Assembly (NCBI GenBank): GCA_964016885.1
Contig: OZ024741.1
Span: 365,428,001-365,492,000 of the forward strand
DNA: 64,000 nucleotides
Direction: 5' to 3'
From: Eledone cirrhosa
Taxonomy: Eukaryota
Position numbers and translations under genes: made by a program. Numbering within the stretch: the first letter of the stretch is position 1; every line of letters starts with the position of its first letter. The notes beneath the pieces are model-generated. The model did no database searches and was not told the origin of the DNA. It was given only the letters and a program-made list of their open reading frames with translations. Below, in pieces: positions 1 through 13,674 of this stretch.

Positions 1-103
<103 letters not shown>

Positions 104-207
104 CCAGGGAATATAACGTGATGTTACTGTAGGTTCACCCAAGTGAACACTCGATGTTTAGGTTGACGTCAGTAGCGAGCTGTACAGCTAAACAGAGAGT
201 AATATAA

Positions 208-385
208 TAATTGTTTCTACTTTAGACACAAGGCCAGCAAATACCCAGTGCATTACTGGTACTTTATTTTATCGACCCCGTAAGGATGAAAGGCAAAGTC
301 AACCTCGGCGGGATTTGAACGCAGATTGTAAAGGGACGTAACTATGCTGGAAAAAAGGCGTGCGACACTCTACCGATACTGCCAA
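208..385 (-). mobile_element. tRNA-derived SINE (family A) copy
   Basis: Same body as ~20 other copies (ttatcgaccccgtaaggatgaaaggcaaagt..cctcggcgggatttgaac). The reverse strand shows A-box- and B-box-like motifs. Confidence 0.85.
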
Positions 386-502
386 TAATAATACAAAGAC
401 GATTTATTAAGCCTTCATTACGTTTATTGATTGGTGACGTGCATTTCGCTATTGATCAGCTCAACGCTCGATCTGTATTGATCTCTATCGATATATACAC
501 AC

Positions 503-546
<44 letters not shown>

Positions 547-728
547 TTCCTTCGTTTTAAATTTTAAAATGTTTTGAAAGTGAGTTAATTTTGTTCATGT
601 CACCTTAAATATATTCTAAATGTTTTCCCGGATAACTAGATTTTAATGGTGCAAATAAAAGAAAATTAAGAAAAACCAAATGTTTTCTTAGCATAGTGAG
701 ATCATAAACGTAAATAAGATTTGCTTAA

Positions 729-939
729 TTTTAGCCAATGATATCTCTATATTTTAGCCAATGATATCTCTATATTTTAGCCAATGATATCTCTATATTT
801 TAGCCAATGATATCTCTATATTTTAGCCAATGATATCTCTATATTTTAGCCAATGATATCTCTATATTTTAGCCAATGATATCTCTATATTTTAGCCAAT
901 GATATCTCTATATTTTAGCCAATGATATCTCTATATTTT
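729..939. repeat. 23-bp minisatellite, ~9 perfect copies (TTTTAGCCAATGATATCTCTATA)
   Basis: Directly visible tandem unit with period 23. Confidence 0.95.
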
Positions 940-1652
940 GTCAGACGTTAATGTGTCAATTACTGATGGTAAAGACACACTTTAAATTTGTTGCAAATTA
1001 AAACTAATATTGTTTTACAAGGATTCCGTAATAATCGTGTTGGAGAAGCAGATATAATGTAACTTGAGATCACAAGAGTAAACACAAGAGTAAATTAAAG
1101 AACGAAACAAAAAAAGATTACATTTTTGCCTTCCATGATATTTCGAGGTTACGACCTGCTTTACAAAAAGAAAAAAAAATAGTGTGGGGTTTGGCGATTA
1201 GTAGACATTTGGGTGACATGCGGAGATTGATGTACTCACAAAAGCCAATCGTCTTTATCCAATTCGCTTCTTATATTTATGACTGATCTCGATTTATTGT
1301 CTAGAAAAGTTTGTTCGCGTCTCCGGTTTACTGATGTTATAATTAACTTCAATATTCGTGTTGCAACATATTTGTCTACCTCTATATGCATTTGTGTGTG
1401 CATAGAACAACTACATTTGGTAATGGCGTCATTTTTCAATACTATGCACTCTTTCCATTTCATAAACTACTATGTTCATCGAAATGAATTTTGAAATTCT
1501 TTCTCTCACTCCCGCTCTCTCTCCACACGCACACACATGCGTAAATAAATAAATAAATATATATATATGCATATATCTATATATAATATATGTGTGTAAC
1601 ATTGCCTCCAGTGTTTTATTTGTTTCATTATTAACTATATATATATATATAT

Positions 1653-1690
<38 letters not shown>

Positions 1691-1730
1691 TATGATGTGA
1701 GAAAAACCACAGACCCTCCATCTCAACTCT

Positions 1731-1768
1731 ACTTTTGAAAAGCAGAAGAACTGCGAAACCAGTAAAGG
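1731..1768 (+). ncRNA. Hammerhead ribozyme motif, U3-A8 variant core (mutated solo copy of PLE 3' end, element ~1694-1845)
   Basis: actt TTGAAAA GCAG-aagaa-CTGC GAAAC-ca-GTA aagg. Same family as 28906-29208 and 54402-54616. Confidence 0.6.
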
Positions 1769-2099
1769 AACCAAATAAATATATATATTTAAAAAAAAAT
1801 AAGACTCCAGTTGCATTTTCGATTTCATCTTTTTTTCTTTATATATATCTATATATATCTATATACATATATATACTAGACATCAAAAATGCGCAAGCTC
1901 AAAAGTGCCACAGAATGTTATAATAAACCTTCAAAAGTGTGGGACTAGAGTTGTTGCTAAAAAATATTGTAATCATTATATATCGTACATTCTGTGGCAT
2001 CCTTTATAAAAATAGCTTAAACCAACGAAGCCTTTATTTTTACGCTATTTCACTTAGTTAATTCTTAAAACAGTGCATGAGTCATGATATACACATATG

Positions 2100-2605
2100 T
2101 GCATGTGTATGGAAGGGGGACATCAGGTGTAGTTTTGGTGTATTTCGGAATGTATGATGGTTTTAAAGGATGCAGTGTGTCATCAGCTAACAACTGATGC
2201 AGGAAGTTTGTTCCATCCTTCAGCAACTCTGAGCATGAAGAAATATTTCCTAAAGTCATGGGAGCTGTGTTGTTTTCTGACTTTGTAGGCATGTCCACGT
2301 GTTAAACACATGGAGATCAAAAAGGTGTTCGGGGTTGTTGTTGGTCGGATGGTTAATAACTTTGTGGGTGTTTACCAAGTCCATTGCCAGAGGGAAGCAA
2401 AATATTCAGGGTATGGTAGGTGTCTGATGGAGGGTATGCGCTTGGTTGCATGTCTCTGAACAGTTTCCAGGAGGTCAATGTTCTGAGCAAGATAGGGGTT
2501 CCAGACTGATGACGCGAACTCCAAGTGTATTCGTACCATAGATGTATACAGCTTTAAATAGATGGCTGGAGAGCAGCTAATGAAGGTCTTGCTGATTGAG
2601 GCCAA
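2100..2605 (-). mobile_element. CR1/Jockey-group LINE 3' fragment (RT C-terminus)
   Basis: ORF 2372-2605 LYTSMVRIHLEFASSVWNPY..LLETVQRHATKRIP..LPY is the typical CR1 C-terminal motif. Confidence 0.8.
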
Positions 2606-2793
2606 GTCAATCTTAATAAATTGACTGATTTATCTGTTCACTACTGCTAATCCACCGCTGTTTGTACAATTTTTTAGATAATGTCAATTTGAGCTTGAAT
2701 CATTGGCGTAATGAAATTTGAAAAGATTATAAGCAAATCTTTTTTAAAATACACAGACAACATTTAACTGTATCGTTGCAACATTAGATCTAA

Positions 2794-2972
2794 TAATTGT
2801 TTCTACTTTAGGCACAAGGCCAGCAATTACCCAGTGCATTACTGGTACTTTATTTTATCTACCCCGTAAGGATGAAAGGCAAAGTCAACCTCGGCAGGAT
2901 TTGAACTCAGATCGTAAAGGGACGTAACTATGCTGGAAAGCATGGCATCCGACCCTCTACCAATACTGCCAA
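2794..2972 (-). mobile_element. SINE family A copy
   Basis: Matches the family A consensus. Confidence 0.85.
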
Positions 2973-2998
2973 AATAATGGAGCAACATTTGTGCAGAA

Positions 2999-3463
2999 TT
3001 ATTGTTTGTGCAATAAGATATTTGCAGATCTGTACTTGGTCTGCTCTTTAGCCAACTCGGTACGTTTAGAAGCTCTACGCTCGGCTTGCTTTTGAGATAT
3101 AATAGCTGAATTTGCAGATCTATACTTGGCCTGCTTGTTTGCCAACTCATACCGTTTTGAACATCTATACTTGGCCTGTTTTTGTGTTAATTTAGCAAAA
3201 TTCACAGCTCTATAATCGGCCTGTTTTTGTCTCAACTTCTCCCGATTCCGCATCCGGTAAGCTGCTTTCACATCCAATTTAATACGCCCATCTAGATTAT
3301 TTGCACAGGAATGTGAACAAGCTTGTGGGACCGCATCATTGTAAGTATATGAACTGCCTGCAACATCAAGACCCAATTCACAAGTGCAGCGTTGCTCATT
3401 CACATCGGCAGTGGGGACACCAAAATCAGTGACAGGTCTCGATTCACTCGCGAGATACATCAC
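2999..3463 (-). pseudogene. ORF fragment with five basic 15-aa repeats (KQAKYRSANSAIISQ-like), probably TE- or virus-derived
   Basis: The 15-aa periodicity is visible in the 154-aa ORF. It is flanked by a SINE and a DNA-transposon end. Confidence 0.35.
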
Positions 3464-3491
3464 AGCTACACTATATATTTAAACATATATA

Positions 3492-3550
3492 CAGTGATAC
3501 CTCGCTACTTGGCGGTTCAACTATCGCGGATTCACGATTTCGCGCATTTT
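3492..3550 (+). mobile_element. Tigger/pogo-like terminal inverted repeat remnant
   Basis: TA|CAGTGATACCTCGCTACTTGGCGGTTC..TATCGCGGATTC resembles Tc1/pogo MITE ends after a TA target. No partner end was found. Confidence 0.45.
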
Positions 3551-3603
3551 TAGAATATATATATGAACACCTAAAATTTTTCATTAAATCCATTAAAATA
3601 TTA

Positions 3604-3825
3604 ATAATTGTTTCTACTTTTGGCACAAGGCCAGCAATTATCCAGTACATTACTGGTACTTTATTTTATCGACCCCATAAGGATGAAAGGCAAAGTTAAC
3701 CTCGGCGGGATTTGAACTCAGAATGGCAAGGGCCGTAACTCTATGCGTCAAAGCATGGCGTCCAACCCTCTACCGATACTGCCAATTCACCAAATATTAA
3801 TAATAAACACAGTTCTAATCATACG

Positions 3826-3860
<35 letters not shown>

Positions 3861-4408
3861 TAAGAAATTAATACCGTATAAATGGTACAAAGACTGTTTA
3901 TGTAAAATGTATTTCTCAACAGAGTATTGAATACTTAGGAGAAATTCAAAACGAAGATGAAAGGCAAAGTTAACCTCGGCGGGATTTGAACTCAGAATGG
4001 CAAGGGCCGTAACTCTATGCGTCAAAGCATGGCGTCCAACCCTCTACCGATACTGCCAATTCACCAAATATTAATAATAAACACAGTTCTAATCATACGC
4101 TATATATATATATATATATAAATATAAGTAATTAATACCGTATAAAAGGCAAAGTTAACCTCGGCGGGATTTGAACTCAGAATGGCAAGGGCCGTAACTC
4201 TATGCGTCAAAGCATGGCGTCCAACCCTCTACCGATACTGCCAATTCACCAAATATTAATAATAAACACAGTTCTAATCATACGCTATATATATATATAT
4301 ATATATAAATATAAGTAATTAATACCGTATAATTGGTACAAAGACTGTTTATGTAAAATGTATTTCTCAACAGAGTATTGAATACTTAGGAGAAATTCAA
4401 AACGAAGA
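3604..4408 (-). repeat. SINE A copy plus local tandem triplication of SINE head and flank
   Basis: aaaggcaaagttaacctcggcggg...tctaatcatacgcta(TA)n recurs at ~3686, ~3960 and ~4146. Confidence 0.9.
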
Positions 4409-4594
4409 GTGATAACATTTCAAGCAAAGAGTTTAATTAGGTAATGACTTACAAATTTGTTTCAGTATATAGACAAAGCCTGAAGCGCTAATTATAATAA
4501 TTAGTTAATAATATTATATTAAAGATATACTGAAACAAATTTGTAAGTCATTACCTAATTAAACTCTTTGCTTGAAATGTTATCATTCTTCGTT
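4401..4594. repeat. Inverted repeat, 70-bp arms, 54-bp spacer
   Basis: 4401-4470 is the reverse complement of 4525-4594 (1 mismatch). Confidence 0.9.
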
Positions 4595-5972
4595 GAGAGA
4601 GAGAGAGAGAGAGAGATTTATCTAGTCCTTCGCTCAAGATTAATCTATAAGTTTAGATGTCTGCCTTCGTTTAAGTAAATATTACAGTAAGATTTTTAAT
4701 ATAAACAACTACAAAAAACAATTAATATTAAAACGAAAAAAATTATCAATGATAAAAGAAGCGGATGCAACTTTTTTTTTTTATAAAGTTATATTCCTGT
4801 TTCTTTAAAGAACATTTCATTTTTGTTCTATTGTAGGCGAAATAATGCAATGGTTTAATAGGGAAGATATAACTTACGAATTATGTCTCTAACCGTGTAA
4901 CGCTTTTTAAGTAGATAACTACAATTGAAAATACTAAAGAAATGGAACCAACAATTCAATTTGAAAGTCGTCTACTTATAGTGACAGTGTATTACTGGTA
5001 CTTTATTTTATCGACCCCGTAACGACGAAAGGCAAAAATGCAAATGTTTAAAATTTAAATTGCCTTAATTCTATCGTCTGCTGTTTCATTAAAGGGAGAT
5101 TCTCGTCTGTATTTAATTCTATCGTCTACTGTTCCACTAAACAGATATACCTCCACTATCGTCTCTATTTATACATTTTAACTTATAACTTATACACATT
5201 TGATTTGAAATATTTTATCTAGTCCCCCCTCTCAATATTATGATGATTTCTTTCGAATGAAACAGTTCTAGTCCTGTAGAAGCCATTTATATATATAATT
5301 GAACTGAGTTAAAAATTCACAATATTTATAATTAAATAAGCTCATATATATATGTGTGTATTTATCTGTTTATTGTATTATATATAATGTGTGTATATAG
5401 AGGATGTCCCCAAAAAATATATACACACTTCAACAGCATTCTAATAACTATTGCCTGTACAGGTAATCAAAGTGTCAATCGAATGTTAGTTTCGTGTTTT
5501 AACAGTACAAATTTACAATACACACATAAAACCAGTCTATATACATACATGAGTGTGTATACACATACATGAATGTGTATATACAATATATATGTATATA
5601 TATATAGACACATATATTCACGGTGCAACGGAACATTAAAATATAGATGCGGGAGGGGGGGTGTATATATAGGGGCGCTGGGGATAAAGGAGTGTAAAGC
5701 GTGTGTAATTGATATATTGAAGGAGAGGAGCGTGCAGCGATAGAGTAACACATATATAGAGAGGGGGAGAGATGGTATTGAAGGGGAGGAGTGCAAAGCG
5801 AAAGAGTAAGAGAGATATATATAGAGACGGAACAGATAGAGAGAAACAGGCGTAAGTAACAGTGGAAGAGATATATAGAGAGGGGGAAATGTGTTATTGA
5901 AGGGGAGGAGTGTAAAGCGAAAGCGTAAGATATATATAGAGAGAGGGGGAATAGTATAAATATATATATATA

Positions 5973-6021
<49 letters not shown>

Positions 6022-6176
6022 ACACTTACTCTGATTGGTTGAAAATTAGCCAATGACATACGATCACCACCACCACGGCTATCCCCGAAAAATTTATGAA
6101 GAAGCTAGGCATATATGTTAGAACACGAAAAGTGAACATTCTGTTGTTTCACACTTTTCGTGTTCTAACATATATA

Positions 6177-6361
6177 TAAGTTGAAATAAAATGAAAACGA
6201 AATTTCATTTCTCACTCTTAGTATGGCACTTACTTAAATGTAATATATAAGTATATATGTATACAGACGTATGTATGTACGTATACATACATACTTACAT
6301 TTAAGTAAGTGCCATACTAAGAGTGAGAAATGAAATTTCGTTTTCATTTTATTTCAACTTA
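6177..6361. repeat. Inverted repeat (~67-bp arms) at the start of a hammerhead-bearing repeat; small hairpin at 6111-6176 just upstream
   Basis: 6177-6243 is the reverse complement of 6295-6361. Confidence 0.9.
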
Positions 6362-6481
6362 TCGTTTTCGGTATGCCTGACCGATTTAACTCACTCAATA
6401 TGCAAATTAGGCTGCTCAGCCGTTAATTTTCATAAGGAAAGTATATACTTTCGAACGTTCAACTATCTGGCAGATGGGTAT

Positions 6482-6524
6482 ACGGTGCTGATGATAGCTA
6501 ACAAGCTTGAAACTAGTACATCGT
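6482..6524 (+). ncRNA. Minimal type-I hammerhead ribozyme (retrozyme-like family R1, element ~6262-6750)
   Basis: acggtg CTGATGA tAGC-taacaa-GCTt GAAA-C-ta-GTA catcgt. Stem I has 6 bp and stem III is the palindrome ACTAGT. Confidence 0.8.
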
Positions 6525-6662
6525 TCCTGTGTCAGTGTTGAACAAAAAGGTGACGTGGTTGCCTTAACACCGTATGGCATAAATCCAGGCTGTTCAGTTT
6601 GTTTACAAACGAACAAAGCGGCGTTATAATAAGCGTCCGCTAAACTGATGCCTGCATATATG

Positions 6663-6720
<58 letters not shown>

Positions 6721-6773
6721 TGCTACTGTACGTCTGTATACATATATGTATGTACGTATACATATATACTTAC

Positions 6774-6852
<79 letters not shown>

Positions 6853-7073
6853 TAAACGGAATAGAAAATGCTGACAAATTGTTCACAGTGAAAACTAGTT
6901 TAATTAGGAATAAGTGAGAAATAGTAATTGTATTGGTTAGTATTCAGTTTTGGTTTTAAGTTTTACCGGTTGCGCATTTCTAATGCTTTTCAAAAATAAT
7001 TTTGAGATAGAGCGTCCGTGATGTTTGCTCTGATCTGTATATATATATATATATATATACGAGTATGTATGTG

Positions 7074-7120
<47 letters not shown>

Positions 7121-7975
7121 TGTGTATAGGTAACTGTAAACATATATGCGTCTATGCCTGTGTGTGGGTTGTGGAAGTGTACGAACCTATCGCGGGAAAA
7201 AAAGCATCACAACGTATCATGTGCAAATTATGTGAGTTTATGTAATGCAGTATTGAATAGTTTCTTTGTGGGAGGAATATTTCTGCGTGGTAATAGAAAT
7301 CCCTTGTTGTCAAGGGGATAAAACTAAAAAGCCTAGCAGAAGGCACGAATACATTTCTACGGGGGACCCAGAAATCTAATAAAATACTTTTAAATGGTCA
7401 AATGTGCTTTCATTTGTTCTTTAATACCGTAATGGCAGCAGCAGCCACCACACAGATCAGCGTTATCTGTTAACCCCCCCCCCCCCCCCTAGCGAAGGGT
7501 ACGGAGCACCAGCGACGGCTGTAAGAATTTATTTGCGCCTTCTGTACGGCTTTTTAATTTTATCCCCTTGACAACGAGAACTATATTTTTAACAAATAGC
7601 CTTTAATATCCTTTCATTGCCAAAATTCATCAATTTTTCTCAACATTTTTGGTATGCTTTTGAATATTTACTATACAGGTGGGTGGTGGAAAATTTTTCC
7701 GTGTGAAAATGGACGATGACGCAAACAAGATTGGAAAGCCCTGAACTAAGCTATTACGGTACAAAAAAAGATAACCTACACTAAATATAGAGCCAGCACG
7801 CAATTGATCATAGATATAGGTGATTACAAAATAAATACAAAATAAATACAGAATAAATGATACTAAAGAGAAATACAGAAATATATAAAAAGTGAAAAAA
7901 AGAAAATGTTGATAGTAAAGGAAAAAGAAGAAACTGAACGAGAATATGGTGACTACTGAAATAGATAATGTTATT

Positions 7976-8175
7976 GCGCTGGCAGGGGATTGGCACTATC
8001 TGTAGGGTGTCAGACACCATGCTTTTCAGCATAGAGTTATGGCCCTTTACGTTCTGAGTTCAAATCCCGCCGAGGTTAGCTTTACCTTTCATCCTTACGT
8101 GGTCGATAAAATAAAGCACCAGTAATGCATTGGGGGTAATTGCTGGCCTTGTGCCAAAAAGTAGAAACAATTATT
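7976..8175 (+). mobile_element. SINE family A copy
   Basis: B-box GAGTTCAAATCC plus the family body. Confidence 0.8.
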
Positions 8176-8472
8176 GCACAGGCATAAACACTATCTTAGA
8201 ACAATAACTGCAAACAGTGCCATTACATGCATTAAATTGCAGTATAAAAAACGAATTTAGAGCGGTATTATATAGAAAGTAACATGTGCATTTAAGGTTT
8301 GGTTTTTAATGTTTTAAGAATTTATGAAATTAAAATATTGAAAAAAAAAATCAAAAAGTATGTAAATCATTAAACATCATAGTGTTCATGCCTCTCCCCA
8401 AGGCAATAGTCGTCCTCTATACTATCTGAATGGGCTTTTTTTTCGTGTTCGTATTGATTATACAAATTATTT

Positions 8473-8518
<46 letters not shown>

Positions 8519-9630
8519 AAATAGTTAAACAAGATTCAATGAGTATGTCAAAGAATGAGTTTTACAGTAGATTGGAAACTCAATTTATTTATAACTGTGA
8601 ATTTTTTAACGCGCTTTTTGATCTCCTATTTATAATATATTATAATATGTATGTAATTATATTTTCTATATTTTTTTAAAATATACCTACTGCATTTATA
8701 TATCCATGATTCAAATATATAGCAAATATCCAAACAATAAATTATTATAGACATTATCTTGAACTCTGAATTATCCATGCATTTATTATTCCTTCTCTTA
8801 TATACATATATGTATATAACTGTATTATATAAAATTGTAACCATTATCATCTACCTAAAGTATACTGTACCATTAATACCTAATATATATCTACATATAC
8901 CTCCCTATATATTACTATATATAATTTTTAGTTAACTTCTAAATTTCTTGATTACGTTTACTCAGAACAAAGAATAATTCATGCATTTACACCCTGTTAT
9001 ATATAGGTGTATATTTAACCTTAACATGCATCAATCTATTATTTTGTTATCATTTACCTAAAATATACTGGCTCACTAATATATAAATATATACATAATC
9101 GTTATTTAAATATTCTAACAATAAGTAATTCACAAGCTTTACATACCTAATACGTTCAGTATTACCGTTAAAGATTACATTTAGGAAAATAATCAACAGT
9201 ATAAACTTTCACTCCTGTTGGCCAGCTAAATGCTATAAATGTTACCCACATGAAATTCAGAAACTTTGAAATGTTAACACACTTATAGAATTTATAAAAC
9301 TAATATATAAATAACCAGCAATTTAAAAAAAAAACCAAAATCTCGAACCTTCACCCTATAATACCATAATTAAATATTTTCAAAAGTAACCGTTTAACTT
9401 TCGGCAAAAATAAATCTCCTTTATTCAAAATTATAGTATCATACATCTTAATATCTATATAACTGTTACATTAAGCAACGTGTTTTCTTACTCGCAGTTT
9501 CTCTGTTGAATTTATTACGTTTTCGTATTTTCTCATTATTAGGGTATAAATGTTAACTTTTTCTTGGGTTAATCACTACCTTGATTAAATCTTAACCATT
9601 TAACATCTCAGGGTATGTCATGTATCATTA

Positions 9631-9685
9631 TATTTTGTCTGATGAGGATGTAGAATTGTACATCCGAAATATGTATAATAATATG
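9631..9685 (+). ncRNA. Minimal type-I hammerhead ribozyme at the end of an AT-rich (probable PLE 3') region, followed by (TA)n
   Basis: tattttgt CTGATGA GGATGTA-gaattg-TACATCC GAAA tatgtATA ataata. Stem II is a perfect 7-bp helix. Confidence 0.8.
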
Positions 9686-9747
9686 TAATTGATCAAAAGA
9701 ACATCTACTTTATTAATATTTGTATTTTAATATATATATATATGTAT

Positions 9748-9786
<39 letters not shown>

Positions 9787-12085
9787 CATATACATATATG
9801 TATATAATTATATAGACACACACACACATATATATATATAGCTTAAAGTGTCTATTGACTCTTTATATATTTTCATATTATTGGTTTGTTCTTATAATAA
9901 GATGTTTTTGATTTGAATTCATAGGTTGTTGTTTTCTTCGTGCTGGTGGTGGTGGAGATGGAAATGGTGATGGTGGAGAGCGGGTTGTTAGAATCATGTT
10001 TCTGACCATTCTAAAACAGGTAAACAAAGCATGTGATATCACAGGAAGAAGCAAAAATAAAAAAAGGACAATATTTGAATTAATGAATAGATGTATGCAA
10101 TAAATAAATAGCTATTATATCCTGAAAGCAATATTACATTGGATTGCATAGAAATAGATAAGAAAGGCTTGGAAATCTGAAATTACCTTAATAACCAAGT
10201 TACAGGACGAATAAAAAGAAGAAGGCTCTACTAAAAGAAAAAATAACAAACAAAACTGAAGTAATCTTGTGAAAAACATTCTTATAAGGCTTTCTAATTT
10301 AAACTCAAGGCCAGCCAGCGATTTTAGGGGAGCTGCAAGTATAGCAGATTGACCCTTACAGTATCGGTAACGCGTAGGACAACATCCTTTGCGGCATATT
10401 TCTTTACATTCTGAGTTTAAATTCCGCCAAGGTTAACTTTGCCTTTCATTCTTACGGGATCGATAAAATAAACAAATAGAAACGCACTAGGGGTCGATGA
10501 AATCAAATTTTCCCTCTCCCAAATCTATCCATCGACCCATAACTCTTTGAGTTTTAGAGGTGTTAACTTGACATGCGCTGGGCCTTGGGCATTTATACCT
10601 AAGTGGGAAAACAGCTAATCTCTTCCAGAGAGAGTGAAAGAAAATGATAGTGAGAAAGGAAGAATCGACCCTAGTATTTGATTCGAAATGATGAAGTTAA
10701 CCTCGGTGGAATTTGAACTCAAAGAGGAGAGATCCATAACAAATATTACCAAACATTCAGTCCGACCTTCTCACAAGTGAGCTTGTTTGCCACATCAGAA
10801 CACTTGCTTTTAAAAGAAGTAGACATTTGAAATCCTTAATATAATGTCATTATAAACATTGAATAGGTAGGTATTAGTGTCAAATTTCTTATGTTAAATT
10901 GTTGCTACAACAATATATTAAAGTATTTCCTTACGCTATCGATCAATGAATGATGAAAAGAAAATTAAGCCCCGACATGATTTGAATTAGAAATAAAAGT
11001 AAAGGAATAAATAAAAAAGATGGAACAAGCTACAGTGATTCAGTTTGTCCAACTATATCGGTTACTGTCCGATTAGACGACAAATTTAATGTTTTCCAAA
11101 GTAATTATAAAGTATTATCTAACTCGCTGTAAAGACTTAGTAATTATGGTGTGCGGCTGATGACCATAAAGTCTTGAGTTTGGTTCTTTCACGTTGCTCC
11201 AGTCAACTCAGATGGAAAATAAGGAGTTCTATCTGCATTTCAAGGGGCTAGTTTCTTCCCTAATTGTGTTACGCTGAACCACACTAAGAAAGAATTTAAA
11301 GATGCACATGTCTGTAAAATGCTCAGTCACATGCGCCTTTAATTCAAGAGCAGACATTTCTGTTGATCGAACAACTGGAACACTCTTCATCGGAACTGAC
11401 AGAAAACCATTAAATATTTCAGTCGATACCGAATTATTTTTTACATTTTCAGTTCTTTTTTCCAAGCGACATTTCATGAATTACATCATGCAACAAACAG
11501 GATAATGTTAGCTTTAAATTTTAGCTTAAGAACAAAAGCATAAGGAGAAAGACATTAAGGTTTTGATCGTATTTATTTGTTGTATAGCACCAATCTAAAC
11601 AGTTTATCTAAGTAACTAGTATGTCGATTTAATCATTTAATGTCTTTCAAATAAACACCTCTGAGTTATAAAGTATCCGGATTTGAAAGTAATTATAAAG
11701 TATATTATTTAACCCGTTATCGAATTACATTTGACATTTCCAATGATTTTGCAAAGTCGTCGACAACCAATAACCTACATTTCTTGAATTACATCATGCA
11801 ATCAAAATATGTTGCTAGCTTTGCATTTTTGCTTAGAAAACAAGAAGAGAAAGCCCATTCTATTCATTTTTTATAGCAGCAAACTAAACGTGAACTTTGA
11901 CAGCCCGTTTCCTTAGATTCACTTCGACAGCAAATATACGAACCGATCAATAAAACATCTTAAGGTTAATTGTATTATATCTTTTAGCACTTTACCCATG
12001 CGCATTAATTATATTTCAATATATATATATATATATATAAATAATTGTATTTCAACATATATGTATATATTCAAAATTATAATTC

Positions 12086-12118
<33 letters not shown>

Positions 12119-12158
12119 GCGCGCGCGCACACACGCACGCACGCACGCGCGCGCACAG

Positions 12159-12191
<33 letters not shown>

Positions 12192-12487
12192 CGCACATTT
12201 AATTATATTTCAATACATGCATATATATATATTCGCTGAATTTTGCTTTCTCAAGTGTAATTCTCTCGTACACGCACAATTTGGAACACAAAAAAAAAAA
12301 ATAGCGTGCTTCAACACGTAAATTGTTTACACATCATACAATATCGACATACATACACAAGTTTAAATACTGACGTGTCACGACAAACATTTTGTGCTGG
12401 GATTGTGTGAAAAACAGTCATTCGACAACTTCCTCTCTACCTACCTCTCACTCTCTCTCTCTCTCAAACATTATTGTTTACAAGATA

Positions 12488-12678
12488 GGGCGGTGGATTG
12501 GCAGTATCGGTAGAGGGTCGGACGCCATGCTTTCTAGTATAGAGTTACGGCACTTGCCATTCTCAGTTCAAATCCCGCCGAGTTTAACTTTGCTTTTCAT
12601 CCTAAAGGGGTCGATAAAATAAATTACCAGTAATGCACTGGGTATTGCTGGCCTTGTGCCAAACGTAGAAACAATTAT
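12488..12678 (+). mobile_element. Full-length SINE family A with target-site duplication
   Basis: A box TGGCAGTATCGG, B box AGTTCAAATCC, and TSD gtttacaagatag on both sides. Confidence 0.9.
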
Positions 12679-12744
12679 CGTTTACAAGATAGTCTGGAAA
12701 TCAGCAGCTACCGCTATCTATTTATATATCTATCTATCTATCTA

Positions 12745-13550
12745 GGACGAACTGGCCAGTCTGTCGGTAGGACCTTCTGCCCGGGACCAATGGACAACTT
12801 CCAAAAGTCCCTGGACTGGCAGTGCTACCGAGGAGCTCTACCAGTTCGAGACAAGCTCTACAGACATGGGCGCCCGGGCAGGGACCCTTCGAAAAAGATC
12901 TTTCCGAGATGCTTGCGAGACGAAGAAACCGTCGCGCACGCATTTGTACACTGCCCGGGCGTTACCGACCTGTGGGGCTATGTAGAACGACTATTGTCGC
13001 GGCTGGGACCAATCCAGTTGATCAGCGATTCCATTGTCATGATAAAATCGCCACTCTCCTTCAAAAACGAGGGAGAGGCGGTTTTCCTATGTGTTATGGC
13101 TATGGTGAAAGAGGTTATATGGTGGACGAGGTTAAAACGGCTGAGGTCAGACACCTTTCTCTCCGGCGAGCAAATGATTCGTTTTTTCAAATATCATTTT
13201 GGAAGAAGAATCAGGATGCAGAGAGAGGTGCTGTACCCCAGCAAATTTTATAAAAGGTGGGTGAATGTAGCAAAGATGGCCCGAGTGGTTGGGCCTTCTC
13301 TCTATATAAGCCAGTAGGTTGAGGAAAAAGAGGAAGAGAGGAAGGGATTAGTCACTCTTGGTGCTCCTGGAGATGAGGGTTGTACATTTTTCCGGGGTGT
13401 GTACAACCCCTGAGTAACGCCTCACCCCTATTGGGGATTTCAATTGTTATTTGTTGTTTTATTAATAGTTTTATTTTCATATACCTGTATGTAAACTCCC
13501 CATTTGTATTTGTCCCCTTCTTTTGTGCCACTGTGGCTAATAAAGAAATT
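12745..13550 (+). mobile_element. 5'-truncated Tx1/L1-group LINE (zf-RVT C-terminus) in (CTAT)n
   Basis: ORF 12790-13317 carries LPVRDKL..RCLRDEETVAHAFVHC..W, followed by AATAAA at 13539. Both ends abut ctatctat repeats. Confidence 0.75.
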
Positions 13551-13577
13551 TATCTATCTATCTATCTCTTTCTCTTT

Positions 13578-13673
<96 letters not shown>

Positions 13674-13674
13674 G

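Noticed and set aside
390-490. Dispersed repeat (inverse copy ~62540-62635) with CTGATCA..GAAA
   Set aside because: The repeat is real, but the core and stems do not satisfy a hammerhead fold.
729-939. CRISPR-like regular repeat
   Set aside because: Units are contiguous with no spacers and the context is eukaryotic. It is a minisatellite.
6849-6915. Hammerhead-like CTGACAA-ATTGttcaCAGT-GAAAACTAGTT (inverse copy at 38466-38528)
   Set aside because: C3 opposite A8 cannot pair and stem I is absent. At best a dead relic.
9890-11505. Possible host exons (9924-10019 with splice-like ends; ORFs 11229-11477 and 11302-11505)
   Set aside because: No recognisable protein motif and the strand is ambiguous. 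Needs RNA-seq or homology evidence.
12488-12585. tRNA gene
   Set aside because: The A and B boxes belong to a SINE head present in ~20 copies with TSDs. No intact cloverleaf.
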